DNA from: Torpedo marmorata | Taxonomy: Eukaryota | Length of the DNA: 64,000 bases | Direction of reading: 5' to 3' | Assembly: GCA_977017645.1 (NCBI GenBank) | Contig: OZ360225.1 | Location: 139,314,001-139,378,000 of the forward strand | Part shown: piece by piece, positions 25,514 to 39,550 of the stretch | How the letters are laid out: each line of letters starts with the position of its first letter | Numbering within the stretch: position 1 is the first letter of the stretch | Position numbers and translations under genes: made by a program | Notes under the pieces: generated by a model | Seen by the model: the letters and a program-made list of their open reading frames with translations, nothing else | Told to the model about the DNA's origin: nothing | The model's database searches: none

Positions 25514-25972
25514 AGATCTCTAGATATCAGATCTGCTGGCATACTTGACCTCCATAATAGAATTAGTTTAGAAGGTATTCCCCTCACTCTATTCTTTTTT
25601 TTCTTTCTTTTTCTTCTTTTTTCTATTTTACTTTAATTTTAATTTTTATTTTTTATTAGATTAGTGGGGATGGGGGGGTTGGGGAGGGGAGGGAGGGTGG
25701 GGGGGGGTGAAAATATATCACATGTATTTTGATAATTTTATATTTTATCTTATGTATTTTGTGATTTAAAAGTTTAAATAAAATAATTAAAAAAACAAAA
25801 AAACAATGGGAATCAAAATTTCTGCCATTTTTTCTCACAGTAATCTGAAGGATATGCTATTTCATAATGACAGAAACAGGTGTCACCTGGTCTGGACTCA
25901 GTTAATATAACAAGAGCAATTTTTGAACATGATAAAAGACATAGACATTTCAAATGCTATGTAGATATAAAC

Positions 25973-26336
25973 CAGTGGTTTTCAAACTTTTTCTTTCCAC
26001 TCACATACCACCTTAAGTAATCCCTATGCCATAGGTGCTCTGTGATTAGTAAGGGTATGTGAATGGAAAGAAAAAGTTTGAAAACCACTGTTTTAATCGT
26101 ACCTAATTGACTCGTTATGTGCACGGTTTCATAACTCCAAAGGAAATGGGCCAATGACAATTTTTCTCAAGCAAAATATTTCAGTACCAATTGGGCCCAG
26201 AGCAGTGGTTCTCAACCTTCCCTTCCCACACACATACCACCTTAAGTAATCCCTTACTAATCACAGAGCACACCTATGGGCATAGGGATTACTTAAAGTG
26301 GTATGTGAGTAGAAAGAAAAAGTTTGAAGACCACTG
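25973..26336. mobile_element. hAT-type composite MITE, copy 2
   Basis: Same TIRs and internal spacer as 8705-9080; 8-bp TSD ATATAAAC / GTATAAAC. Confidence 0.88.
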
Positions 26337-26619
26337 GTATAAACTGTTCAAGAAATTATATTTTCGAAAAGGGAATCACCAAAACCTTCAATATATCTTG
26401 AAACAGAAGGAGGAGTCTGCCATTCAGCTCATTGTGCTAGCTCCAACATGGCTGATATGATCTTGGCCACAATGCCGTTTCTTACTTGCTCCTCATAACC
26501 TTTGATAACCCTTTCATCCAAAACATGACTGCCTGACTTGGTTTTGAATGCAGGCAGTCCCGAGTAGAGCTGGGAATGCTGAGCAGGCTTGCTTGCAGAT
26601 GCGGGATGGTGGCTGCTCA

Positions 26620-27318
26620 TCCCGTCCCTCCTTGCTCTCCTATCACAGCTGGTGACTGCTCCTTCTGCTCACTCTCCTATCACAGCTGGTGATTGCTCTT
26701 CCTGCCCCTGCTCTCTCTCCTGTCACAGAGCTGATGGACACTCTTCCTGCCCCTGCTCTCTCTCCTGTCACAGCTGATGGACACTCTTCCTGCCCCTGCT
26801 CTCTCTCCTGTCACAGCTGGCGGACATTCTTCCTGCTCCTGCTCTCTCTCCTGTCACAGCTGGCGGACACTTCCTGCTCCTGCTCTCTCTCCTGTCACAG
26901 CTGGTGGACATTCTTCCTGCCCCTGCACTCTCTCCTATCACAGCTGGCGGACACTTCCTGCCCCTGCTCTCTCTCCTGTCACAGCTGGTGGACATTCTTC
27001 CTGCCCCTGCTCTCTCTCCTGTCACAGCTGGTGGACATTCTTCCTGCCCCTGCTCTCTCTCCTGTCACAGCTGGCGGACATTCTTCCTGCCCCTGCTCTC
27101 TCTCCTGTCACAGCTGGTGGACATTCTTCCTGCCCCTGCTCTCTCTCCTGTCACAGCTGGCGGACACTTCCTGCCCCTGCTCTCTCTCCTGTCACAGCTG
27201 GCGGACATTCTTCCTGCCCCTGCTCTCTCTCCTGTCACAGCTGGCGGACATCTTCCTGTCCCTGCTCTCTCTCCTGTCACAGCTGGTGGACAGTCTTCCT
27301 GTCCCTGCTCTCTCTCCT
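26620..27318 (+). repeat. 43-bp minisatellite, left block
   Basis: Unit CTGGCGGACATTCTTCCTGCCCCTGCTCTCTCTCCTGTCACAG (period 43, with 40-bp variants). Confidence 0.97.
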
Positions 27319-30300
27319 TTTCTTTTTAAAATATTTTTATTGAGTTTCAATAATAAACATGTATACAGAGTAACAAAATTAGGAAAAACATTCAAAAAAA
27401 TCAGCTGGTATTCATACGTGAATATATTAAAAAAAACGAAGTAAATTGTTGTAACTAAATTCTGAATATAGGTTAAAACTCTAGTTCCATATAATTATCT
27501 TAAAAAAACACTTGAAAATAAAATAAAATGAAAGAAAAAAAAGACCAAAAAAACCACTAATAACTAATCTATTCTAACCACTCCCTCTAAGCAAGGTTAC
27601 CTTGATGTTGTAAAAAAGGAAAAAAAAAGGGTATGGATCCTGTAGCGACCTCCAAGCATCGGACAAAGTCCTCGGTATAGTCAGTTTTGTTAATTCTTCC
27701 AATCATGATAGTATTCAATGAATGGCCCCAGATCTTTAAAAATTGAAACTTTCTATCTTTAATATATCGAATTTACTCCAAACTCAGAAAGTACATTACA
27801 TCTAGTAACCACTGTCTATGTGTAGGTGATAACTCATCTTTACATTTCAATAAAATTGCTCGTCTGGCAATCAACGTGGAAAAAGCTAAAACTTTTTCCT
27901 GTGATGCAGACAAAGGTATGTAAGTTCACGTGAAAAACCAAACAGAGCAATTATAGGACATGGTTCAATATTAATCTTAAAAATCAATGATAAAGATTTA
28001 AAAATATCCTTCCAAAATCTCTCCAAATTGGGGATTTCCCAAAACATATGTATCAGTGAAGCTTCAAAAATTTTACATCTCTCACACAATGGATCTATGT
28101 CAGTGTAAAAACGTGATAGTTTAAGTTTAGACATATGAATTCTATGCACCACTTTAAATTGTAATAAACACTGTCTAGCACAAAAAGATGAGGTGTTAAT
28201 TAGATCAAGAGCATTGTACCAATCTTGATCTGAAAATGTAACATTCAAATCTCGTTCCCATTCATTCTTGATCCCCGTCATAGAAGCTACTCTGATTTCC
28301 AATAAATTATATATACATGAAGTTAATCCACGTTGGAAAAATAACTATATTAAAAAGTAAATCGAGAAAATTAGAACTTAAAATTCGAGGAAAATCTGAA
28401 ATCTTAGACTGAACAAAATGTTTAATTTGTAAATATCTAAAAAAATGTCTATTAGTAAGATTAAATTTATTGACCAATTGTTCGAAAGTGGCAAAACTAT
28501 CTCGAATAAAAAGATCATTAAAACTATGAATTCCCAATCTATACCATTCCCTAAATCCTACATCCATCACAGACGGCTGGAAAAGGTGATTATCTATAAT
28601 AGGACTCGCCAGAGAAAAACTATTAAATCCAAAAAAAATTCTAAACTATGCCCATATTCTCAAGCTATATCTCAATACCGGATTATGAGTTATTTTAACA
28701 AATGAAAATGGTAAAAGGGATCCTAAATTTGCTAACATAGATGTTTTTTTTGAAAACTTTAATTCCATTTCCACCCAGGATGGGCGATTCTCTAACTTAT
28801 CAAAATGCAATAACAAAAGCAAATTACGAATATTAATCACCCAATAATAAAATCTAAAATCTGGAAGTGATAATCCTCCATTCCTTTTTGATTTTTTGAA
28901 GATGGGATTTATTTATACGTGGATGTTTTCCATGCCATATATATGAAGAAAGAATCGAATCCAATGAAGTAAAAAAGGTTTTAGGAATAAAAATTGGTAA
29001 GGATTGGAAAAGATATAAAACTTTAGGCAAAATATTCATTTTAATCGAATTAATGCAGCCCATCATTGTAATTGATAAGGGTGACCAACCCACTAGTTGT
29101 AATTTAACCTTATTAACTAATACCCAAAAAATTTCTTTCAGTAAATTTTTATGGTTTTTTGTAATTGTTATTCCTAAGTATTGGAATTGATCGTTCACTA
29201 TTTTACAGAAAATTAGAATAACCAATAAAAGGTCCTTTTAAAGGCAATAGTTCACTCTTTTGTATGTTTAATTTATACCCTGAAAATTGACTAAATTGAG
29301 TAAATAGGGTTAATATATTTGGTATAGAAAATTCAGGATTTGAAATAAATAACAATAAATCGTCTGCATAGAGAGATACTTTATGTTCAATTCCGTTTCT
29401 AGTTATACCTTTAAATTCTCTACAATGTCGAAGAGCAACAGCTAGAGGTTCTAATACTATATCAAAAAGCAAAGGACTTAACGGGCAACCTTGTCGGGTT
29501 CCTCTATTAAGCCGAAACATATTTGATTGTTGTAAATTAGATCGAACTGAGGCCATAGGACAAGAGTATAATAACTTAATCCAGTTAATAAAATCAGAAC
29601 CAAAATTAAATTTATATAAAATAGCAAATAAATATTCCCACTCCACCCAATCAAATGCTTTTTCAGCATCTAGTGAAAGGACACATTCCGTCACCGGAGT
29701 AGAAGGTAAATATAAAATATTCAACAATCTATTAATGTTATAATATGAATTACGATGTTTAATAAATTCAGTCTGATCTGAATCGATAATTAAAGGTAAA
29801 ATATTTTCTAATCTATGTGCTAATACTTTAATGAAAATCTTCATATCTACATTAAGTAAAGAAATGGGTCTATAAGATGTGCATTCAGTCGATTCTTTAC
29901 CCTTTTTAAGAATTAAGGAAATACTGGCCTCATTAAAAGATACAGGAAGCTTACTCTCATTAAATGAGTCACCCAATACCACACTCATGAGGTACAAGCT
30001 GTTTGGAGATAGATTTATAAAATTCCACAGGAAATCCGTCTGGCCCTGGAGATTTACCAGACTGCAGCGAGGAAATAGCGAGGGCTATATCCTCTTGAGA
30101 AATAGGTTTCTCCAAGCTTGCACGTTCATCCTGAGGTAGTACCGGAAGATTCAATGGATCCAAAAATTCAGACATCAAGTCATGATTATTATCAAATTCT
30201 GATTTATAGAGGTTAGAATAAAATTCCTTAAAAGTCTCATTTATTTTAAGATAATCTGTTGTCATTTTTCCATCTTTCATCCTAATCTTGTTTATTTGTT

Positions 30301-30371
30301 TTTTAGCAGAAATTCCTTTCAATTGTCCAGCTAGTAACTTACTAGTTTTTTCTCCATGAATATAAAAGAAA
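27319..30371 (-). mobile_element. 5'-truncated L1-clade LINE of a second family, inserted in the minisatellite
   Basis: SGKSPGPDGF, YRPISLLNVD, RQGCPLSP, LYADD, CERC...HMFW; poly-A-derived end at ~27320. Confidence 0.9.
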
Positions 30372-33064
30372 CTGGCGGATGCTGTTGCTGCCCCTGCTCT
30401 CTCTCCTGTCACAGCTGATGGACACTTCCTGCCCCTGCACTCTCTCCTGTCACAGCTGGCGGACATTCTTCCTGCCCCTGCTCTCTCTCCTGTCACAACT
30501 GGTGGACATTCTTCCTGCCCCTGCTCTCTCTCCTATCACAGCTCACGAACATTCTTCCTGCCCCTGCTATCTCTCCTATCACAGCTCACGGACATTCTTC
30601 CTGCCCCTGCTGTCACAGCTGGCGGACATTCTTCCTGCCCCTGCGCTCTCTCTCCTGTCACAGCTGGCGGACATTCTTCCTGTCCCTGCGCTCTCTCTCC
30701 TGTCACAGCTGGCGGACATTCTTCCTGCCCCTGCTCTCTCTCCTGTCACAGCTGGCGGACACTTCCTGCCCCTGCTCTCTCTCCTGTCACAGCTGGCGGA
30801 CATTCTTCCTGCCCCTGCTCTCTCTCCTGTCACAGCTGGCGGACATTCTTCCTGCCCCTGCTCTCTCTCCTGTCACAGCTGGCGGACATTCTTCCTGCCC
30901 CTGCTCTCTCTTCTGTCACAGCTGGTGGACATTCTTCCTGCCCCTGCTCTCTCTCCTGTCACAGCTGGCGGACATTCTTCCTGCCCCTGCTCTCTCTCCT
31001 GTCACAGCTGGCGGACATTCTTCCTGCTCCTGCTCTCTCTTCTGTCACAGCTGATGGACACTTCCTGCCCCTGCACTCTCTCCTGTCACAGCTGGCGGAC
31101 ATTCTTCCTGCCCCTGCTCTCTCTCCTGTCACAACTGGTGGACATTCTTCCTGCCCCTGCTCTCTCTCCTATCACAGCTCACGAACATTCTTCCTGCCCC
31201 TGCTATCTCTCCTATCACAGCTCACGGACATTCTTCCTGCCCCTGCTGTCACAGCTGGCGGACATTCTTCCTGCCCCTGCGCTCTCTCTCCTGTCACAGC
31301 TGGCGGACATTCTTCCTGTCCCTGCGCTCTCTCTCCTGTCACAGCTGGCGGACATTCTTCCTGCCCCTGCTCTCTCTCCTGTCACAGCTGGCGGACACTT
31401 CCTGCCCCTGCTCTCTCTCCTGTCACAGCTGGCGGACATTCTTCCTGCCCCTGCTCTCTCTCCTGTCACAGCTGGCGGACATTCTTCCTGCCCCTGCTCT
31501 CTCTCCTGTCACAGCTGGCGGACATTCTTCCTGCCCCTGCTCTCTCTTCTGTCACAGCTGGTGGACATTCTTCCTGCCCCTGCTCTCTCTCCTGTCACAG
31601 CTGGCGGACATTCTTCCTGCCCCTGCTCTCTCTCCTGTCACAGCTGGCGGACATTCTTCCTGCTCCTGCTCTCTCTTCTGTCACAGCTGGTGGACAGTCT
31701 TCCTGCCCCTGCTCTCTCTCCTGTCACAGCTGGTGGACATTCTTCCTGCCCCTGCTCTCTCTCCTGTCACAGCTGGCGAACACTGTTCCTGCCCCTGCTC
31801 TCTCTCCTGTCACAGCTGGTGGACAGTCTTCCTGCCCCTGCTGTCTCTCCTGTCACAGCTGGTGGACATTCTTTCTGCCCCTGCTCTCTCTCCTGTCACA
31901 GCTGGCGAACACTGTTCCTGCCCCTGCTCTCTCTCCTGTCACAGCTGGTGGACAGTCTTCCTGCCCCTGCTGTCTCTCCTGTCACAGCTGGTGGACATTC
32001 TTCCTGCCCCTGCTCTCTCTACTGTCACAGCTGGTGGACAGCTTCCTGCCCCTGCTCTCTCTCCTGTCACAGCTGGCGAACACAGTTCCTGCTCCTGCTC
32101 TCTCTTCTGTCACAGCTGGCGAACGCTGTTCCTGCCCCTGCTCTCTCTCCTGTCACAGCTGGCGAACGCTGTTCCTGCCCCTGCTCTCTCTCCCGTCACA
32201 GCTGGCGGACGCTGTTCATGCCCTTGCTCTCTCTTCTGTCACAGCTGGCGGATACTGTTCATGCCCCTGCTCTCTCTACTGTCACAGCTGGCGAACGCTG
32301 TTCCTGGCCCTGCTCTCTCTTCTGTCACAGCTGGCGGACGCTGTTCCTGCCCCTGCTCTCTCTTCTGTCACAGCTGGCGGATACTGTTCCTGCCCCTGCT
32401 CTCTCTCCCGTCACAGCTGGTGGACGCTGTTCCTGCCCCTGCTCTCTCTTCTGTCACAGCTGGCGGATACTGTTCCTGCCCCTGCTCTCTCTCCCGTCAC
32501 AGCTGGTGGACGCTGTTCCTGCCCCTGCTCTCTCTCCCGTCACAGCTGGCGAACGCTGTTCCTGCCCCTGCTCTCTCTCCCGTCACAGCTGGCGGACGCT
32601 GTTCATGCCCCTGCTCTCTCTCCCGTCACAGCTGGTGGACGCTGTTCCTGCCCCTGCTCTCTCTTCTGTCACAGCTGGCGGACACTGTTCCTGCCCCTGC
32701 TCTCTCTTCTGTCACAGCTGGCGGACGCTGTTCTTGCCCCTGCTCTCTCTTCTGTCACAGCTGGCGGATGCTGTTCCTGCCCCTGCTCTCTCTTCTGTCA
32801 CAGCTGGTGAACGCTGTTCCTGCCCCTGCTCTCTCTTCTGTCACAGCTGGCGGATACTGTTCCTGCCCCTGCTCTCTCTCCCGTCACAGCTGGTGGACGC
32901 TGTTCCTGCCCCTGCTCTCTCTTCTGTCACAGCTGGCGGACGCTGTTCCTGCCCCTGCTCTCTCTCCCGTCACAGCTGGCGGACGCTGTTCCTGCCCCTG
33001 CTCTCTCTTCTGTCACAGCTGGCGGACGCTGTTCCTGCCCCTGCTCTCTCTTCTGTCACAGCTG
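30372..33064 (+). repeat. 43-bp minisatellite, right block (~63 units) with a 636-bp higher-order duplication
   Basis: Same unit; 30405-31040 recurs at 31041-31676; the variant GACGCTGTTCC dominates after ~32100. Confidence 0.97.
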
Positions 33065-33869
33065 TTTCTGTCGTACTCTCCCACACACTATTTGAGTCCA
33101 TTTCGGACTTACAGAAAAAATGTAGTTAATAAACGGTTCTCAGTCTCTTTTGTAACCTGGGGACATCTTGTACATTCAAATGGATGCATATCTTTTGAGT
33201 TTTCTCAGGTTCCCTTGGAGAAGATAAATTCCTCCTTGATCACTGAATTGAATGGGCAACTCCCTTTAATGTGGAGTTTCGTTAAATCTGTACTCTGTGA
33301 AATCTTGGGATGAAACTATGCCCCCAATTCTAGATACCTCCATATGGGGAAACTTCCTCTCTGTATCAACCTATTTTACACCCATTATATCTTTACAATA
33401 AAATCACCTCACAGTAATCTTTCAGTGAGTGTATATTCAACCTCCCTTACATCCCAGGAATAAAGATTCTGAATGTTCTCTCAACTGTCTCCAGAGCAAG
33501 TATAACCCTGATTGTGTGTACCTTTAGGGAGTGCCAATATCCTCTTGGATGAGTTAAGTGCCATGGCCAGAAAAATGCAACTTTTGGCAAGGCAAAATCT
33601 GGAAGGTCATGGAGTTGGGAAAGTTAACTCCCACAGAGTCCTGCCCTGATAAAATGCATGATCTTGTATCTGGATATGAAGAGACTTGGTCTGTACATTA
33701 GTAGGAAGTCTCCTGTATTTATACTTACAAAAAATCCAAACATTGAGCCAGCCCTTGCTGACAGTAATTACCAGATGATCATTCTAGAAAACCACCTCCT
33801 CAACTGTGCAACCGCCACCAATAGGCAGCTTATGTGCCACTGACTTCACAGGAAGAGAGTATTTGGCAT

Positions 33870-35330
33870 AGAAACAGGCTTAACTCGTTCATGCCAATCA
33901 AGTTGCCCATCAAAGGTAGGACTACCTGCCTGCACTTAGCTCTTATCCCTCCAACTCTTTCTCATCCATGCATCTGCACCAATGTCCTTTTAGTGTTGTA
34001 CCCACTTCCATCACTTCCTCTGGCAGCTCGTTCCACATACATGAAAAAGTTGCTCCTCGGGTCCCTTTCAAATCTTCCCCCTCTCATCTATGCCTCTCGT
34101 ATTAAACTTTCCTACCCTGGGGAGAAGACTGACCATTCATCGTATCTATGATCCTCATGATTTTGTATGTCTTTCAGGTCACCCCTCAAGCTCCTACACT
34201 TCATAGAGCATGGAACATTGCAATACAGTACAGACCCTTCGGCCCACAATGCTGTGATTACCTACATAAAGCTCAACAATCAAATCCTTCCCTACCTCAC
34301 ACCAGTAACCCTCTATTTTCCTTAAGGGACAAAAAAAAAGTCCCAACCTCTCCCTATAATTCAGAAACAGATTTTATTGTCATGAACAAGTCATGAAATT
34401 CGGTGTTTTGCGGCAGCATCATAGTGCAAATATTCATATTATAACCATCTTACGACATTACTATATAAAAAATATATATAAATAATAGTGCACGAAAAGT
34501 AGGGCAGTGTCTTTGGTTCATTGATTATTCAGGAATCTGATGGCAGCGGGGAAGAAGCTGTCCTTGTGCCGTTGAGTGCTCGTCTTTAGGCTCCTGTACC
34601 TTTTTCTCGATGGTAGCAGAGTGAAGAGGTCATGCCCTGGGTGGTGGGGGTCTTTGAGGACAGAGGCTGCTTTTTTAAGACACCGCCTCATGTAGATGTC
34701 ATCGATGGAGTGAAATCTGGTGCCTGTGATGTCACAGGCCGAGTTAACAACCCTCTGGAGTTTATTCTTGTCCTGAGAGTTGGCGCCTCCATACCAGGCA
34801 GTGATGCAACCAGCCAGAATGCTCTCCACGGTACACCTGTAGAAGTTTACGAGAGTCTTTGGTGACATACCGAATCTCCTCAGACACCTCACAAAGTATA
34901 GTTGCTGGCGAGCCTTCTTTGTGATTGCATCAACATGGAGGCTCCAGGACAAATACCTCAATACCTCAAGTCCCAGTAACACCACTGTGAATCTTTCTAT
35001 TTGTATCCATTCAAATTTAATGTCATCTTTCCTACAGCAAGGCAACCAGAATTGCACACAGTATTCCAAATGTGGCTTTACCAACATCTTGTACAGCTGC
35101 CCCAACTCTTGTAATTTCCCTGATCTATGAAAGCAAACATGCTAAATGCTTCTTCACCACCCTGTCTATCTGTGCCACCACTTTCAGGGAACAATGAACC
35201 TGTGGCCCAAGGTATATTCCATTGTACAACACTCCCAGAGCTCTACCATTTACTGTGCAAGTTGTGAACTGGTTTGACTTAACGAAATGAAACACCTCAC
35301 ACTTGTATGAATTAAACATCGCCTGTTATT
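33870..35330 (-). mobile_element. Decayed CR1 3' region, interrupted by a Rex1-like insertion
   Basis: KCEVFHF...VAQIDRVVKK and LYKMLVKPHLEYCVQFW fragments. Confidence 0.7.
34361..34950 (-). mobile_element. Rex1/Babar-like 3' fragment
   Basis: Near-identical to 9636-10220. Confidence 0.9.
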
Positions 35331-36008
35331 CCTGCATGTTCCTAGATTCTCTGTCTGTCATTCAGCATCAGCCTAGTGATCCATATTCTTCCTTGGTATT
35401 TCATTATAATTTTATTCATTGTTTGGAATATTAATTTTGAGTTATGAGAAAAACAAACGAATGACAGTTTGACACACTTTGCTTGTTGCTGACATTGGTC
35501 ACTGGTTATATGTGGTTTTGCTCCCCACTTCCTTCACCCATCTCCCAACACCCAATGTCCAGAGAACATTGGTGCCAAGTTCTCATTTCAACATACCTGT
35601 GACTTACTGGTTGCTTGGTAGCCTGACTACCACCTTTATTTTGACTATCTGCAAGATTGAGAAACTAAGGATCAGAGTAGTTCATGGAATAAAAATGGTC
35701 ATGGGGTTTTTGACAGAAGCTATTCTCTGGCACAATATTATAAAACCTCATATTGAGCTGAGGTCAGTAATGGATGGTATGTAATATAATCTATACTGAG
35801 TGCAAAGCAGTGATGTAATTAATTTAAAAAAATATATTGCACAACACCACCAGACAGGAGAAGTAATTATCTCATTGCTCACTGCCTTAATAATCCTGGG
35901 TCTGCACATAATGCCACTGTATCCACTGGCTTCAAACACTAGTCCTCCAAGGCTGAAATTTGTATTCACTTTCTGCCTTGCTGCTACAGGAGATAGACTA
36001 GCACATTT

Positions 36009-39000
36009 TTAAAAAATATATATTTTAAAAATATTTTATTTTAAATTTTGAATTTTCTCACAGTAGTACAACATACGTAATATACATTATTAATTCCAGT
36101 AAATAAAAAAACATAATTTGTATTGCAGTGTATCTAACCCATCCCTTAACCCACCCTCTATAATGTTGCTACCTCACCCTCCACCCTTCCCCTCCCTTTA
36201 ATTCCCTCCCCTTACTAAAAACTAAAAGAAAAGAACAGAAAGGAAGGCATTGGTATTACTTATTAAAAAAAACATCTGCACGGATCGCTGCTGGGTCCAC
36301 GATTTGACGCGTGGCATTCAACAATATTTCTTCTTTAACTTTGAGAGAGTCAACAGGGTCTAGGATGTAGAGCAACACATTTAAATATTCATACCTAATG
36401 ATTGGATATATGGACGCCAAATTTGCAAAAATATCCCATATTTGTTTCTTATGTTATATGTTATTTTTTCCAATGGAATACAACTCCGCATCTCTATATT
36501 CCATCTATCCATGCCTAAATTTGTATCTGATTTCCAAGTTACTGCTATACACTTCCTTGCTACTGCTAAAGCAATTTTTACAAATTTCAATTGATATGTC
36601 GATAACTTCAACTTTGGTCTAGTTCCTTCCACATTCCCTAATAAAAATAAATCAGGATTCTCTGAAAATGTAACACCTGTAATTTGTTTTAACCGGTTCC
36701 TAACTCTGTCCAAAAACATTTTACTTTAGGGCATAACCATGTTGAATGTAGAAAGGTTCTCTCCTCTTCACCACATCTAAAACACTTATTTGATAATGTA
36801 GATTTTATCTTATTTAATTTCTGTGGTGTAAGATATAGTTGATGTAAAAAAATTATACTGTACTAATCTATATCTTGTATTAATAGTATTAGTCATACTA
36901 TCTTGACATAAATCCGACCATCTTTTTTCATCAATTATAACATTAAGATCTTGCTCCCATCTTTGTCTAGATTTATGAAGTCCTTGTTTTAAAACTCCCC
37001 TTTGTAACAAAGAATACATTATGGAAGTAAATTTTTTAATATTTACTTTCCTAATAAGGGTTTCTACCTCACTACAATCTTGTAACAACATATCCGGACC
37101 TAGTTTCTCCGTTAAATAACCTCTTAATTGAAAATAACAAGAAAGAGTATTATTGGGTATTCCATATTTGTTTCGTAATTGTGTAAACGACATCAATTGG
37201 TTCCTTTCATAACAATCTTCTATCTTCTTTATTCCTTTCTGTGACCATATGTTTAAAAATTGATTATCTTTTGTAAAAGATATAAGATGATTCTGTATCA
37301 ATGACGTTTTAGGTGATATAGTTCCTTTCATCCCTATCTCATCATTAATCTTGTTCCAAGCATTAATCAAATGTTTTAGTAACGGTGTTTCTTTAACACC
37401 TGTCAATAATTTTGAATTCCATTTATATATAAATTCTTCTGGTACCTTTTCTCCTATTTCTCCAAGCTCTATTCCAACCCATGCAGGTCTTCCTTCACTT
37501 TCAAAAAAAGAAGTAACAAATCTCATTTGTGCCGCTCGATAATAATTTTTAAAATTAGGGAGTTGTAAACCTCCCAATTCGTATTTCCATGTTAAACGTT
37601 CCATAGAAACTCTTGACATTTTACCTTTCCAAAGAAATTTTCGCACTTGTTTATTTAAATCCTGGGAAAAAACCTGTGGTAATAAAATAGGTATAGTTTG
37701 ATACAAATACTGTATCATTGGAAATATATTCATTTTAATACAGTTAACTCTTCCTATCAATGTAATAGGTAAATTAATCCATTTTTCCAAATCTTCTTTA
37801 ATCTTTTTAAGCAGTGGTAGATAATCCCACTTATATAAATTTTTAAAATTATTATCTGTTCGAATCCCGAGATAGTTTATCCCATTATGTGGCCATTTAA
37901 ACTGAGTACTTCTTTTACATAAAGTATAATCTCCTTCTGTTAGAGGCATAATTTCACTTTTATCCCAGTTTATCTTATAACCAGAAACTTTCCCATATTC
38001 CTCCAATTTAAAATGCAATCTTTGCAGAGAAGTCTCAGGCTCTGTCAAATATATTAAAACATCATCCGCAAATAAACTGATTTTATGTTGCTCTTGACCA
38101 ACTGTAAATCCCTTAATTGCCAAATCACTTCTAATTGCCTCTGCCAATGGTTCTTTAGCTAATATAAATAAAGCTGGTGACAATGGGCACCCTTGTCGGC
38201 TAGATTTTGTCAAACAAAACGAAGTTGATATTTGTCCGTTAGTCACTACTTTAGCTTTTGGAGCATTATATAATGCTTTAATCCAAACCATATAAATCCT
38301 CCCAAATCCAAATTTCTCCAATACTTTAAACAAAAAAATCCCACTCCAGTGTATCAAAAGCTTTCTCTGCGTCTAGTGCCACCGCGACACTTAGTACTTT
38401 TCTTTTTTGAGCTAAATGAACAATACTAAGTAACCTTGCTACATTGTCAGCTGCTTGTCTTTTTTTTATATAGCCTGTTTGATCCATATTTACTAATTTT
38501 GGCAAAAAATTTGTTATCCTATTTGCCAAGATTTTCGCCACAATCTTATAATCTGCATTCAGTAATGAAATTGGTCAATATGATGAAGGTTTCAATGGGT
38601 CTCTATCTTTTTTTGGTATTACTGTAATTATTGCAGTAGAAAAGGATTCTGGAAGTGTATGAGTCACAGACGCTTGCTGTAACATATCCATAAAAACAGG
38701 AATTAATAATTCCTTAAACTCTTTATAAAATTCTGGCGGAAAACCATCCTCTCCCGGTGCTTTATTACTTTGTAATGAACTCATTGCATCTTTCACTTCC
38801 TTCTGCGTAAACTGGGTACTTAATTCTAATTGCTCTTGCATATTTAATCTTGGTAAATGTATCTGTGATAAATATCCATCGATTTTACTATCATCTTGCA
38901 GAGACTCTGATTTATATAAATCAGAATAGAATTTTTTAAATTAATCATTTATTATTTGAGGTTTATAGCTAATAAAATCAGCCTCACTTTTAACTGCATT

Positions 39001-39302
39001 AATTGTTCTTGATGCCTGTTCTGTTTTTAATTGCCATGCTAATACTTTGTGAACATTCACCTAACTCATAATATCTTTGCTTAGTTCTTATAATAATCTT
39101 CTCCGTTCTATAAGTCTGTAATACATTATATTGAAGTTTTTTATTAGTTAATTGTCTACGTTTATCTACAGAGCTCCTCTTTTGTAAATCCTTATCTAAA
39201 ATTGTTATTTCTTTTTCTAATTGGTCTATTTCTCTCATATATTCCTTTTTAATTTTTGAGGAATAACTTATGATTTGACCTCTTAAATATACTTTCAAAG
39301 TT
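36009..39302 (-). mobile_element. 5'-truncated L1-clade LINE (third subfamily)
   Basis: 15-bp TSD TAGACTAGCACATTT at 35994-36008 and 39303-39317; RT motifs RQGCPLSP and LFADD. Confidence 0.93.
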
Positions 39303-39321
39303 TAGACTAGCACATTTGAAA

Positions 39322-39550
39322 CGGAACGGTAACAGACCCTTCTGGCCCACAAGCCCTCGCCGCCCAAATACACCCATGTGACAAATTAACCTGCTACCTC
39401 CATACATCTTTGGAATGTGGGAGGAAACTGGAGCACCCAGAGGAAACCCACGCAGACACGGGGAGAACGTACAAACTCCTTACAGACAGCAGCGGATTCG
39501 AACCCAGTCGCTGGTGCTGTAATAGCATTGCGCTAACACCGTGACACCCA
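39322..39550 (-). mobile_element. Near full-length tRNA-derived V-SINE/HE1-like SINE
   Basis: B-box GGTTCGAATCC followed by the V-domain core on the minus strand. Confidence 0.82.

Larger units (their letters stand above)
19951..25801 (+). mobile_element. Full-length L1-clade LINE (5.85 kb), inactivated by a few lesions
   Basis: 13-bp TSD AACAATGGGAATC at 19938-19950 and 25802-25814; GGGGG 5' end, ORF1, ORF2, G-rich 3'UTR, AATAAA, poly-A. Confidence 0.96.

Noticed and set aside
26620-33064. CRISPR-like array
   Set aside because: Contiguous tandem units without unique spacers, no cas genes, vertebrate context.
30379-33313. 916-aa and 526-aa ORFs, plus 26689-27444
   Set aside because: Artefacts of a stop-free 43-bp repeat cycling through three frames; no evidence of a protein.
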